A DNA stretch of 64,000 nucleotides from Bacteroidales bacterium (GTDB lineage Bacteria > Bacteroidota > Bacteroidia > Bacteroidales > FEN-979), in the NCBI GenBank assembly GCA_035403225.1, contig DAONET010000012.1, positions 216 through 64,215 of the forward strand, given 5' to 3'. The notes beneath the pieces were generated by a model. That model was given only the letters and a program-made list of their open reading frames with translations. It made no database searches and was not told the origin of the DNA. The first letter of the stretch is position 1, and each line of letters begins with the position of its first letter. The translations under genes were made by a program, and so were the position numbers. Positions 1 to 9,346 of the stretch are shown in pieces.

Positions 1-882
1 AAAGGATTATATGCAGATGCTTTACTAAATTTTAACTTTTACGAAACGAAGTTCGCCGGCTATTCTTTTCTCCTTCTTAAAGCGAAGAAAGAGAATAAGC
101 TCAGACCTCTCCAGTATGTATATACAGCCAAGCGCGTATCAGCAATATCCGGATTGCCGACAGTATTTTTGTTTAACGATCTTAAAACCTACGAGCGCAA
201 CCGAATGATTGAACGAGGGGTCCTGTATATTGTCAGCGGGAAATACGTACATCTACCGTTCCTGCTGGTAAATGCCAAAGACAGTACACCGGTAAAAACA
301 GATCATCTGACCCCTGCGTCTCAATATCTGTTGCTTTATCATTTGCAGAAACAGTCATTGGAAGGTCTCTCTCTCAAAGAGCTGGAGCAACTGGTGCCAT
401 ATCAATATGTCACCATCAGCCGTGCCGTTCGTCAGTTAGAAGCTTTGAAAATTTGCAAGATATCCCTTGATGAAAGCAGATTCAAACACCTTCATTTTAA
501 CTATGAAGGCAAGGAATTATGGGATAGAATATCATCTATTGCCATTTCACCGCTTAAAACAAAGTTTTTCTCTGACAATATAATGAATGAAGGTGTAACA
601 ACCAGTTACAATGCATTGGCAGCTTATTCTCATTTGAACCCGGACAGTGAAGAGTATCGTGCGTTTACTGAAGAGGAATTCAAAATTCTTAAATCAGGAA
701 ACAAGTTTAAAAACATCAATCAGATTGAGGGTGACATGACTATTGAAATATGGAAATACCCCCCTATCATTCTCAAATCAGAGAAAATAGCAGATCCTTT
801 ATCTGTTTACCTTCTGTTAAAGAACGATACAGACGAGAGGGTCATGGATGAACTTAATTATATGCTGGAGAAACTATGGTAA
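1..882 (+). CDS. winged-helix (MarR/AbiEi-like) DNA-binding protein, 5' end outside window
   Basis: Frame 1 has no stop from nt 1 up to the ORF track's TTG at 154, so the gene is cut by the window edge. It has a wHTH-like segment, LSLKELEQLVPYQYVTISRAVRQLEALKI. Its stop overlaps the next start (ATGGTAA, 876-882). Confidence 0.6.
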   Translation, partial: KGLYADALLNFNFYETKFAGYSFLLLKAKKENKLRPLQYVYTAKRVSAISGLPTVFLFNDLKTYERNRMIERGVLYIVSGKYVHLPFLLVNAKDSTPVKTDHLTPASQYLLLYHLQKQSLEGLSLKELEQLVPYQYVTISRAVRQLEALKICKISLDESRFKHLHFNYEGKELWDRISSIAISPLKTKFFSDNIMNEGVTTSYNALAAYSHLNPDSEEYRAFTEEEFKILKSGNKFKNINQIEGDMTIEIWKYPPIILKSEKIADPLSVYLLLKNDTDERVMDELNYMLEKLW

Positions 883-1655
883 TCGGACTCGATAAATTCA
901 GGGAGGCAATGAGTCCTTACGCTGATTGCTTTGTTATTATTGGAGGGACTGCATGTGACAATATTCTAAGCGGCTCTCCTATGCGGCCACGCGCAACTGA
1001 CGACATTGATGTGATTTTGATTGTTGAAAAACTCACTCATGAATTTATTGAAGCTTTTTGGGATTTCATAAAAGCCGGAGGTTATAAAAATGGAAAGCGC
1101 AAACGCAGTGAGGATAAATCACCAGCATATGAACTGTACCGCTTTAAAGAACCGGACGAAGGATACCCTGTCCAGATTGAATTGTTGTCAAGGCACTCTG
1201 ACATCCTTGGTGAACCGTCCGGTTTTCATATTGAACCTATTCCTGTCGACGAAGATCAATATAGTCTTTCAGCGATAATGATGGATGAAGACTACTATGT
1301 TTTTACAGTTAGCCACAGCTTTGTGGATGGCGGTCTTCGTTTTGCATCAGCAGAAGCATTGATTTGTCTTAAAGCAAAAGCATATCTGAATCTTCTGAAA
1401 GAGAAAAATGAAGGGCGTCAAGTAAATACAAAGGGGATTAAAAAGCACCGCAGTGATGTTTTGAAACTGGCAGCTATTGGGAGTTTCCCGGAAAAAGTGA
1501 CAGTCCCGGCCTCCATATTCGAAGCTGTTCAAGAATTTATTCGCACCATTAATGACCAGTTGCCGGACGTTGGTTTGGAAGCCTCATTAAAACGAGATAA
1601 AAAAGACATTCTCTCATTTCTTGATAATTTGAATAATCTGTTTGAGATAAAGTAA
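876..1655 (+). CDS. nucleotidyltransferase-fold protein, AbiEii/DUF1814-like
   Basis: Minimal NTase signature IIGGTAC...PRATDDIDVIL, plus a C-terminal CLKAKAYL...HRSDVLKL segment resembling AbiEii toxins. It has a 7-nt overlap with the upstream ORF and a 3-nt gap to the downstream ORF. Confidence 0.55.
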   Translation: MVIGLDKFREAMSPYADCFVIIGGTACDNILSGSPMRPRATDDIDVILIVEKLTHEFIEAFWDFIKAGGYKNGKRKRSEDKSPAYELYRFKEPDEGYPVQIELLSRHSDILGEPSGFHIEPIPVDEDQYSLSAIMMDEDYYVFTVSHSFVDGGLRFASAEALICLKAKAYLNLLKEKNEGRQVNTKGIKKHRSDVLKLAAIGSFPEKVTVPASIFEAVQEFIRTINDQLPDVGLEASLKRDKKDILSFLDNLNNLFEIK

Positions 1656-1658
1656 CCA

Positions 1659-2423
1659 ATGAAACTACAATACGCATCCGATTTGCACCTTGAATTTGAA
1701 CAGAATGGGAGTTATCTCAAGCATCACCCGTTACCTGTTACTGGCGATATTCTTGTTCTTGCCGGTGATATTGGCTACCTCGGTGATGATAATTATTCGG
1801 TTCATCCTTTTTGGACATGGGCTTCCGACAATTATGAAAGAGTAATTGTGATTCCCGGGAATCATGAATTTTACAAGTACTACGATATTGATACGCTATA
1901 TGATGGTTGGTCCCTGAAAATCAGAGACAATGTAACCTGTTACTATAATTCTATTATTGGCCTGGGATACGGCATTGATTTGATTGTCTCAACATTATGG
2001 TCCAAAATCAAGCTACAGGATGCTTTTCAGACAGAATCAGGTGTGACCGATTTTCATAGGATTATGTCTGGATGTGAGTTGCTAAATTTCGAACGGTTCA
2101 ACAAGGAGCACGAACACTGTTTTAACTACATCAAAAAGAGCGTAAATGAAAGCAATGCAACTCATCTTATAGTTGCGACTCATCATGTGCCATCATTTGA
2201 GCTAATGTCTCCTCAATTCAAAGGCAGTGCATTGAATGGTGCATTTACAGTCGAATTGGGCGAATATATTGCCACAAGCCCAATTGAGTATTGGATATAT
2301 GGCCATTCTCATAGAAACATTGATAAGACTATTGGCCGCACGAAATGCATCAGCAATCAATTAGGTTATGTCTTCAACAATGAGCATCTGACGTTTGACG
2401 GTTCAAAGTACTTAGAAATATAG
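1659..2423 (+). CDS. calcineurin-like metallophosphoesterase
   Basis: All phosphoesterase motifs are present in order: SDLHLE, LAGDIGY, PGNHEFY, ATHH, GHSHRN. Confidence 0.85.
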   Translation: MKLQYASDLHLEFEQNGSYLKHHPLPVTGDILVLAGDIGYLGDDNYSVHPFWTWASDNYERVIVIPGNHEFYKYYDIDTLYDGWSLKIRDNVTCYYNSIIGLGYGIDLIVSTLWSKIKLQDAFQTESGVTDFHRIMSGCELLNFERFNKEHEHCFNYIKKSVNESNATHLIVATHHVPSFELMSPQFKGSALNGAFTVELGEYIATSPIEYWIYGHSHRNIDKTIGRTKCISNQLGYVFNNEHLTFDGSKYLEI

Positions 2424-2770
2424 CCTTCCTGCGTGTACATGAAGATTTCTTATCCTCCCGAAGAATCCCGGAAAACACTTAAACCCTATATTACGTTTTT
2501 CCAAGATTTGTTTCTCTTTCCTTGTACCACATTGGTGCAACGAAAGTGTAACTCATTGGTAACAAATTCCTCAAGAATTCCATGTTGGAAAACGACCTTA
2601 TCAGATGATTTTATCTGATATCAGCTTTTTCACCAAAGCCTTGGCCGTCACTTTTGCTGTTGAGGCGATACCGCCAAATTGATTAGCGTTGGATTGTGAT
2701 TGAACAACCGCCCTCCAAACCGGATTTTCCTGATCCGTTTTAAATATTTTTACATCAAATTTGCCTGCAT

Positions 2771-2812
2771 AAAAAAAATTCCGGGCGCCGGAAAACGACC
2801 GGGCCCGGAATT
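2771..2812 (-). terminator. rho-independent terminator of the RND efflux operon
   Basis: On the minus strand, AATTCCGGGC...GCCCGGAATT forms a hairpin followed by T8 (A8 at 2771-2778 on the plus strand). It lies 32 nt after the RND stop codon. Confidence 0.7.
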
Positions 2813-2843
2813 CAGAATAAAGAAAAAAAACAAACCTGAGTTT

Positions 2844-5800
2844 TTAATTAACCGTTGATTCGACTGCTTCTTTCGATACAAGCTCTTCGCTCAAGCTGAC
2901 CGGTTTACGTTTTTTGACGATCTTATCAAGAAGGACATACAATACCGGGACGATGATGAGGGAGAGGAACATGGAACTGATCAACCCTCCGATCAGCACC
3001 CAGCCGAGACCGTTCTTCCATTCAGCGCCCGGGCCGGAGCCCAATGCGATCGGGAGCAATCCGACCACCAGGGCAAGGTTGGTCATCAGAATAGGCCGGA
3101 ACCTCACGGAGGTAGCTTCAATAATGGCGTCAAACGGCTTCATCCCTTCTCTTTGCCGGCTGTTGGCGAAGTCTACTACCAGGATGGCATTCTTGGCTAC
3201 CAACCCCATCAACATCACGATACCCATGATTGCAAACAAGCTCAGGCTTTTCCCTGACAAGGCCAGGGCAAACAGCGCCCCGATCACGGCCAGTGGCAAC
3301 GAAAGCATCACTACCAACGGATAGACGTAGCTGTTGTATAGGGCTACCATGATCAGGTACATCAGGATAATGGAGGCAAGGAGGGCGATAGCCATACTAC
3401 TGAACGATTCACTCTGTTGTTCCATACTCCCCGAATAGATCACATCGACACCGGCAGGCATCTCGGTTTTCGCTACCCGTTCCTGAATTTCCGTACTCAC
3501 CGTTCCGATAGTCTTTCCGATCATGTTACCGGTTATCCTGACAGACGGCATTTTATTATATCGTGAAAGCGTTGCCGGGCTTTCACCTTCTGTGATTTCG
3601 GCCACCTGAGAAAGTTTAATAACCTGTCCGGCCCGGTTCACAAAAGAGATATTCTCCAGATCAGCTTTATCCTTCCGGTTAAACTCATCGAAAGAGATAA
3701 AGATATCGTACTCGTTACTGCCATCACGGTATTTCAAATCGCGATTCCCTTCAAAAGAAATATACATCTGTGCGCCGATTTCACCAATAGTCAATCCAAG
3801 CTTGGCCAGTTTCTCCCGGTCAAACTTCACCACCATTTCTTTATCGCCGTCTTCTACGGATGATTGGATTTCGGTTGTACCATCAATACTTCTTAATTCA
3901 GCGACTACAATCCTGCTGTATTGTTTCGCTTTTTCGAAGTCGTTGCACCGTACGTAAATTTCTATCGGGTCGGTCGTACTCCCGATCATGCTCACTTCAC
4001 GGGCGATGAACTTTGGCCCGACGAATTTGGCGCTTAATTCATTCTTAATTTTCTTACTGTATAGTTTAGCGCTCAACTCTCGCTGTTTCTTCGGTACCAG
4101 TTTTACACTGAATTCCGCGCAATACGGAGTTTCCAGAAATGACATGGATCCTCCCTTGCTACCGACTTTGGTATAAACGGTAACGATGTCTGGATTCTGA
4201 AGCAGGAATTTTTCCACCTCAAGGCACATGCTGTTGGTTTTTTCCACGGTCGCGGTTCTGTCAAGTTCCATGGAGATAATAAATTCCCCGCGGTCGCCCG
4301 AGTCCATCATTTCCGTTTGAATGTATCCTCCGCTTAACAGAAATACCGAAGAGAACAATAGTACAGTAGCTCCGGCGAGTGTGGCTACTTTGTGACCCAA
4401 TGCCCAACGCAACCCATTAAGGATCCCGGTTTTCACCCAGTTGATCAACCTTTCAAAATACAGCAGGAATTGGTCAAAGAAACGATGTTTATTAAACACT
4501 TTCAGTTTCCCGAAACGCGAAGTAAGCGATGGAACCAGTGTAAAAGCCACCAACAAACTGATCAGGATGGAAATCACCACTACCAGCGAGAATGAACGCA
4601 GGACCTGACCGGTCATCCCGGGAGTAAGCCCGATCGGAAGGAAAACAGCAATAAGGACGATGGTAATGGATGAAACGGTAATCCCGATCTCCTTGGTGGC
4701 ATCGAGTGATGCCTTCCATCGGGATTTCCCCATCTCCATGTGCCGGTAAATATTCTCCAACACCACGATGGCGTCGTCGACGATCACCCCAACGACAATG
4801 GACATAGCAAGTAATGTCAGTAGGTTTAGAGAGAAACCGAACAACCAGAAAAAGGTAAAAGTCGAGATGATGGAGGTTGGTATGGAAACAAAGATAAAGA
4901 CCAGGTTCCTGAACGTATGGAGGAATAGTAACATCGTTATCGATACGAGTATGATAGCAAAGAGCAGATCGAGCATAACCCCGTCGACAGCTTGTTGTGT
5001 AAATTCAGACAAATCGTTCGCGATGGTAAATTTGACATTCTGCCGTGCATAATCTTTCTCAAAATCCTTGAGCAGTTTCTTGACATCTTTACTAATATCA
5101 ACCGCGTTGCCGTCAGTCTGTTTCTGGATACTGAGTCCGATAGCAGGCTGCCCGTTGATACGTGCCATCTTGGTAGCTTTTCTGGTACCGTCGGTGACAT
5201 TTGCCACATCACCGACTTTTATTACCGATCCATCGCGCGATGCTCCCACGATCAATTCCCTGATCTGATCCAGGTTATCGAACTTACCTGCCAGACGCAC
5301 GATAAACTTGCTATTATCATCCTTGATCTTTCCAGTTGGGAAATCGACATTGGATGCTTCAATAACTTGTTTGACTTGCATCAGAGAGAGGCCGTACTGT
5401 TCCAGTTTTTGCGAATTGACCTTTACTTCGATCTCGCGTTCGTTGCCACCGAGCAAAGAAACCTGGGCGACACCCTTGACCTGCGATACCCGTGTTTTGA
5501 TCTCTTTATCCACCAGATCATAAAACTCCTTTTCCGGCATGTTGGAACTGACGGCAATATCCATTACCGGAAGCATGGTCATATCGAATTTTACAAACTG
5601 CGGATCTTTACAATTCTCCGGGAGATCGTTCTTGATCATGTTGACCTTCCGCTCGCATTCCTGCAACGAGATATCGGCATCAATCCCATCTTTATAAGTG
5701 ATCATCACCGCCGAAATGCCTTCGGAAGAATAGGAATTGATTTTATCGATCCCTTCAAGGGCTGATACCGCTTCTTCAATCTTTTTCGTTACCGAACTTT

Positions 5801-5978
5801 CCACTTCCGAAGGAGCAGCACCCGGATAAATCGTCATTACCTCGTTGATGGGCAAATCAATGTTTGGGGAGAGTTCCTTGTTCAACAAGGTGTAGCTGAA
5901 AATGCCACCCAAGGCGAGCAAGGTGAAGATCACAACCGGTATGGTTGAGCGTTTTATCGAAATTTCAGTTATTTTCAT
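2844..5978 (-). CDS. RND (HAE1/AcrB-type) efflux permease
   Basis: 1044 aa with 12-TM RND architecture and AcrB-like motifs (VDDAIVVLENI, AKNAILVVDFA). It is the last gene of the tetR-OMF-MFP-RND operon. Confidence 0.95.
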   Translation of the reverse strand: MKITEISIKRSTIPVVIFTLLALGGIFSYTLLNKELSPNIDLPINEVMTIYPGAAPSEVESSVTKKIEEAVSALEGIDKINSYSSEGISAVMITYKDGIDADISLQECERKVNMIKNDLPENCKDPQFVKFDMTMLPVMDIAVSSNMPEKEFYDLVDKEIKTRVSQVKGVAQVSLLGGNEREIEVKVNSQKLEQYGLSLMQVKQVIEASNVDFPTGKIKDDNSKFIVRLAGKFDNLDQIRELIVGASRDGSVIKVGDVANVTDGTRKATKMARINGQPAIGLSIQKQTDGNAVDISKDVKKLLKDFEKDYARQNVKFTIANDLSEFTQQAVDGVMLDLLFAIILVSITMLLFLHTFRNLVFIFVSIPTSIISTFTFFWLFGFSLNLLTLLAMSIVVGVIVDDAIVVLENIYRHMEMGKSRWKASLDATKEIGITVSSITIVLIAVFLPIGLTPGMTGQVLRSFSLVVVISILISLLVAFTLVPSLTSRFGKLKVFNKHRFFDQFLLYFERLINWVKTGILNGLRWALGHKVATLAGATVLLFSSVFLLSGGYIQTEMMDSGDRGEFIISMELDRTATVEKTNSMCLEVEKFLLQNPDIVTVYTKVGSKGGSMSFLETPYCAEFSVKLVPKKQRELSAKLYSKKIKNELSAKFVGPKFIAREVSMIGSTTDPIEIYVRCNDFEKAKQYSRIVVAELRSIDGTTEIQSSVEDGDKEMVVKFDREKLAKLGLTIGEIGAQMYISFEGNRDLKYRDGSNEYDIFISFDEFNRKDKADLENISFVNRAGQVIKLSQVAEITEGESPATLSRYNKMPSVRITGNMIGKTIGTVSTEIQERVAKTEMPAGVDVIYSGSMEQQSESFSSMAIALLASIILMYLIMVALYNSYVYPLVVMLSLPLAVIGALFALALSGKSLSLFAIMGIVMLMGLVAKNAILVVDFANSRQREGMKPFDAIIEATSVRFRPILMTNLALVVGLLPIALGSGPGAEWKNGLGWVLIGGLISSMFLSLIIVPVLYVLLDKIVKKRKPVSLSEELVSKEAVESTVN

Positions 5979-5997
5979 TTTTCCCGTTTATATAATT

Positions 5998-7062
5998 CTA
6001 CCGCACAATATTGATTTCATCACCATTTTTCAGGTTCATTTGTCCGCTCACGATCAATTGATCCCCTTCCGACAACCCTTTCAGCACTTCCACCTGTTTG
6101 TCATTTCCATGACCGGTAATAATTTCCCGCTTTTCAGCCTTTCCGTTTACAGCCACATATACAACAGGGCTTTCCATACTCCCGACGATACTGACTTTGG
6201 GAATGATCAGCTGTTCAACATTTTTCACAGGCAATTCCGCTTCAGCGTATAAACCGCTTCTCAGGTGAGCTGTCTTGTCATTATTCAGGGTGATCTCGAC
6301 ATTGAACTTCATCGCTGCATCAGCTTTTTCAGCGATGGAGGTGATACGACCGGTAAAGTTTTTATCGGGGAAGACCGTCAGGTGGACGGTAACTGTCTGC
6401 CCTACCTGAATTTTATACACTTCCCGTTCCGAGACTTTAATATTCAATTTCAATTGGTTGTTGTTGACGATCTCACATACCGGTGATCCGCCGCCCAACA
6501 ATTGGCCTACGGTGATGAAATCGTTGTTGATGTAGCCCGAAATGGGTGATTTGATGCTGGTGTTTCCCAATGCCTTCCGTGCTGTGATCAAATCTGCTTT
6601 TGCCTTTTTCAACCCGATCCTTGCCTGTTCAAGGTCGCGTTTGGTCACCGCGTTTTCTTCGGAAAGGCGCGAAAGCCGGTCAACATCCTTTTCAAACTGA
6701 GCATAATTCGCTTCGGCTGTCAGTACATTGGCCGAGATTACCTCATCATCAACTTTAGCGATCACCTCACCGGCCGTTACACGGTCGCCTTTTTCTTTGT
6801 ATATAGTCACGATCCGCCCTTGCGTTTCCGAAACCAGGTTCAACACGTCAGATGCTTCCAAAGTCCCTGTTGCTACCACGTTTTCAGATAACATTCCTGT
6901 CCTTACCGTGTCAATGGCCACCGGTATCTTTTCTATCGTCCGTTTGGCAAATGCCACATCATCCTGAAATTGTTTTTTGTTGCTTGCCAGTTTGAAAACG
7001 GCCAATACGATGGCTGCAAGGACGATTACCAGAACGATTATGTGCGATTTCTTGATTTTCAT
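5998..7062 (-). CDS. RND periplasmic adaptor (membrane fusion protein, HlyD family)
   Basis: N-terminal TM anchor, then a lipoyl/coiled-coil/beta-barrel pattern. It sits 19 nt upstream of the RND permease. Confidence 0.9.
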   Translation of the reverse strand: MKIKKSHIIVLVIVLAAIVLAVFKLASNKKQFQDDVAFAKRTIEKIPVAIDTVRTGMLSENVVATGTLEASDVLNLVSETQGRIVTIYKEKGDRVTAGEVIAKVDDEVISANVLTAEANYAQFEKDVDRLSRLSEENAVTKRDLEQARIGLKKAKADLITARKALGNTSIKSPISGYINNDFITVGQLLGGGSPVCEIVNNNQLKLNIKVSEREVYKIQVGQTVTVHLTVFPDKNFTGRITSIAEKADAAMKFNVEITLNNDKTAHLRSGLYAEAELPVKNVEQLIIPKVSIVGSMESPVVYVAVNGKAEKREIITGHGNDKQVEVLKGLSEGDQLIVSGQMNLKNGDEINIVR

Positions 7063-7081
7063 TTCTTTATCTTTTTTGATA

Positions 7082-8449
7082 TTACTTCCTGTTAGCGATT
7101 TGTTTAAGATTCCCGGTTGCTTTGAGCATTTTTATTTCCGAGGTTTTATATTTAAGAATTTGCAGGTTCAATGAATTATCTGCTTGTAAAAAATCGGAAT
7201 TGACATTCAGCAAATCAGCCATGGATGCCATTCCCTCCTGATAACGAAGTGAAGTCTGATGATAGACTTTGGCAGCAAGGTCCCTGTTTTCCTGTTGTGC
7301 TTTCACCATGCTCCCGGCTGTTTGGAATTCTGTCACCGCGCTGTTATAACTCACCGTAAGCAAATCCTTTGTCTTCTGTATGTCTTCTCTCAACTGCGAT
7401 TGTTTTAATTGTGCCTGTTTCACCTTCGAGTAATTGGCTCCGGATGAAAAAATCGGCATCGATAAACTTACTCCCAGCGTATTCATGTTCGTCAGCTTTT
7501 CGATTTCCGAAGTGGTGTTATAAGAAGAAAAATCAAATTTTCCATAAGCTGCCAGAGTGGGAAGAAACTTTGCCTGTGCCAGTTTGATCTGCTGAGCATA
7601 GATCTCATCCTGTTTGATCAATGCCTGGAAAGAAGGAACATTGCCGATATTAAACGCAGGGATTTTCAGTTCCCCGGTAAAATCTTTCACCATGGCAGCC
7701 GTATCAATGGCCAGGACAGAATCGGCAGGCATTCCCGCCAAAGCTTTCAAGTAGTTTAACTGAATATTCACTCCGTTTTGCAAAGTCTGGCGAGTCACGT
7801 CCAGGTTTGTAATGGTGACTTGCAGACGGTTCACATCACTTTCTTTGATAAAATCGTTCTGATAACTAAGGTCAGCGATCCGGTGCATCTCTTTCAAATT
7901 ATCAATCGACTTCCTGATTGTTTGTAATTGCAACATCATGGAACCCGCCTGATAGTATGCCGTAGCCACCTCATCGATAACATCTTCATCCGTCTTATCC
8001 TGAAGAACCGAATACAATTCCTGCGTTTTCTGCGTGGTCTTTAATCCCACCCAATATGACCGGCTATAAATCAGTTGGGTCACTTGGAAACCGGTACTAA
8101 CCATATATAATGCGTCAATATTGTCAATCTGGGAAAGAATACCCAATACCATCTGCTGATTCTCCGGCGATACATTGGCAATAACCATGTCATAGGCCGA
8201 TTGCGGAATATCAACATCAAAAAACATCTTACTATAACTTGCCGAAGCGTCGATCTGGGGCAAGCCTTTGGCCAGGGTTTCTTTACGCAGATAGTCAGCT
8301 TCTTTCCGCTGATAGCCAGCCTTTTTAACCGAATGACTGTGTTCGAGCGAGTAATTCACCAGATCGGACAAGGAAGTTTGTCCGTTCACGCCACATACCA
8401 GCATACTGAGGTTAACGGCCAAAAACAGTTTTAATATTCTCAATTTCAT
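7082..8449 (-). CDS. TolC-family outer membrane efflux protein
   Basis: Signal peptide, 455 aa and two internally repeated coiled-coil halves typical of OMF proteins. Same operon as the MFP and RND genes. Confidence 0.9.
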   Translation of the reverse strand: MKLRILKLFLAVNLSMLVCGVNGQTSLSDLVNYSLEHSHSVKKAGYQRKEADYLRKETLAKGLPQIDASASYSKMFFDVDIPQSAYDMVIANVSPENQQMVLGILSQIDNIDALYMVSTGFQVTQLIYSRSYWVGLKTTQKTQELYSVLQDKTDEDVIDEVATAYYQAGSMMLQLQTIRKSIDNLKEMHRIADLSYQNDFIKESDVNRLQVTITNLDVTRQTLQNGVNIQLNYLKALAGMPADSVLAIDTAAMVKDFTGELKIPAFNIGNVPSFQALIKQDEIYAQQIKLAQAKFLPTLAAYGKFDFSSYNTTSEIEKLTNMNTLGVSLSMPIFSSGANYSKVKQAQLKQSQLREDIQKTKDLLTVSYNSAVTEFQTAGSMVKAQQENRDLAAKVYHQTSLRYQEGMASMADLLNVNSDFLQADNSLNLQILKYKTSEIKMLKATGNLKQIANRK

Positions 8450-8527
8450 ATAGTTATCTTAATTATAATACAATATAAACGCTGTACCGGTCATGCGGTA
8501 CTCCCTCATCTTGCTATTTTTTCCGGG

Positions 8528-9124
8528 TTATTTCTTCAGGGAATTATAAAGTTGCCGGCATTGACTTTCAAACATTTCAAGACCATAGGTCAGGGATCCT
8601 TTGGACATAATATTGGTAATGATCCAGGAACTAGCACTCATAAAATTTGCTATTGTCGCTTCTACATCAATATCCTCCTTGATTTCGTTGTTCTCAATTG
8701 CCTTTTTTATCACCATTTCCCATCTCAAGTTCTGGTTATTAAAAAACTCCTTCCCGATTTTCGCAAAATCCGGGTAATACCGGTAAGCAGACACCATCAA
8801 TGACAAATAATTGATCGGCACCCCGCTGTTGGTGTCCGTATTATCTCCGACCAGCTTTGACATCTTCTCTTTAACCAGATTAACCAGGTGCTGGATGAAT
8901 TCTTTCAGGGAAGAAAATTCACAGAAAAAGTCCTTGCGGGTCTCCAGCATGTACTCCTCAACAACTGCCTTAAAAAGCGCCTCTTTGCTGTCATAATAAT
9001 GATAGATAGCCCCTTTTGTAAGTCCCGTGTTTTTGATGATACTATTGATCGTAACAGCTTCATAATTCCTGAACAGGAACATGTTATAAGCTGTCTTTAA
9101 TATCATTTCTTTTGTTTCTTTCAT
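8528..9124 (-). CDS. TetR/AcrR family transcriptional repressor
   Basis: N-terminal TetR HTH (AYNMFLFRNYEAVTINSIIKNTGLTKGAIYHYYDSKEALF). It is the first gene of the efflux operon. Confidence 0.9.
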   Translation of the reverse strand: MKETKEMILKTAYNMFLFRNYEAVTINSIIKNTGLTKGAIYHYYDSKEALFKAVVEEYMLETRKDFFCEFSSLKEFIQHLVNLVKEKMSKLVGDNTDTNSGVPINYLSLMVSAYRYYPDFAKIGKEFFNNQNLRWEMVIKKAIENNEIKEDIDVEATIANFMSASSWIITNIMSKGSLTYGLEMFESQCRQLYNSLKK

Positions 9125-9149
9125 AAAAAAATACCTACCGTGCGGTATG

Positions 9150-9157
9150 CAAAATTA
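9150..9157 (-). promoter_or_regulatory. Bacteroidota -7 promoter box (TAATTTTG) for the tetR-efflux operon
   Basis: CAAAATTA on the plus strand reads TAnnTTTG on the minus strand. It lies 26 nt upstream of the tetR ATG. Confidence 0.5.
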
Positions 9158-9171
9158 CGAATAATTCGTAA
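9155..9171. promoter_or_regulatory. candidate TetR operator, perfect 8+1+8 palindrome
   Basis: TTACGAAT-A-ATTCGTAA is a perfect inverted repeat that overlaps the putative -7 box of tetR. Confidence 0.55.
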
Positions 9172-9293
9172 CACGATAGAATTTTTTTTCTTTTTTGAAG
9201 TCTTGATGTACTATCTCCTTGTATTTCTGTTCATTAAAATGATTCTGATGATCGATGCCGGCTTGATTTATGCAAGGGTTTACGTAAAATCAT

Positions 9294-9324
9294 AAAAAAA
9301 CGGCAGGGAATTCCTCCCCTGCCG
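9294..9324 (-). terminator. rho-independent (bidirectional-looking) terminator
   Basis: CGGCAGGG-aattcctc-CCCTGCCG hairpin flanked by A7 and a T-rich run. It is directly downstream of the minus-strand T9SS cargo gene. Confidence 0.7.
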
Positions 9325-9346
9325 TCTTCTTTTGAAAAATACCGGT

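Noticed and set aside
2601-2846. The frame downstream of the RND stop codon stays open for 81 more codons in the same frame, which could suggest stop-codon read-through or a frameshifted extension.
   Set aside because: The intervening sequence is the terminator hairpin and homopolymer runs (non-protein-like). Sharing a frame has a one-in-three chance expectation. The RND protein already ends like full-length homologs.
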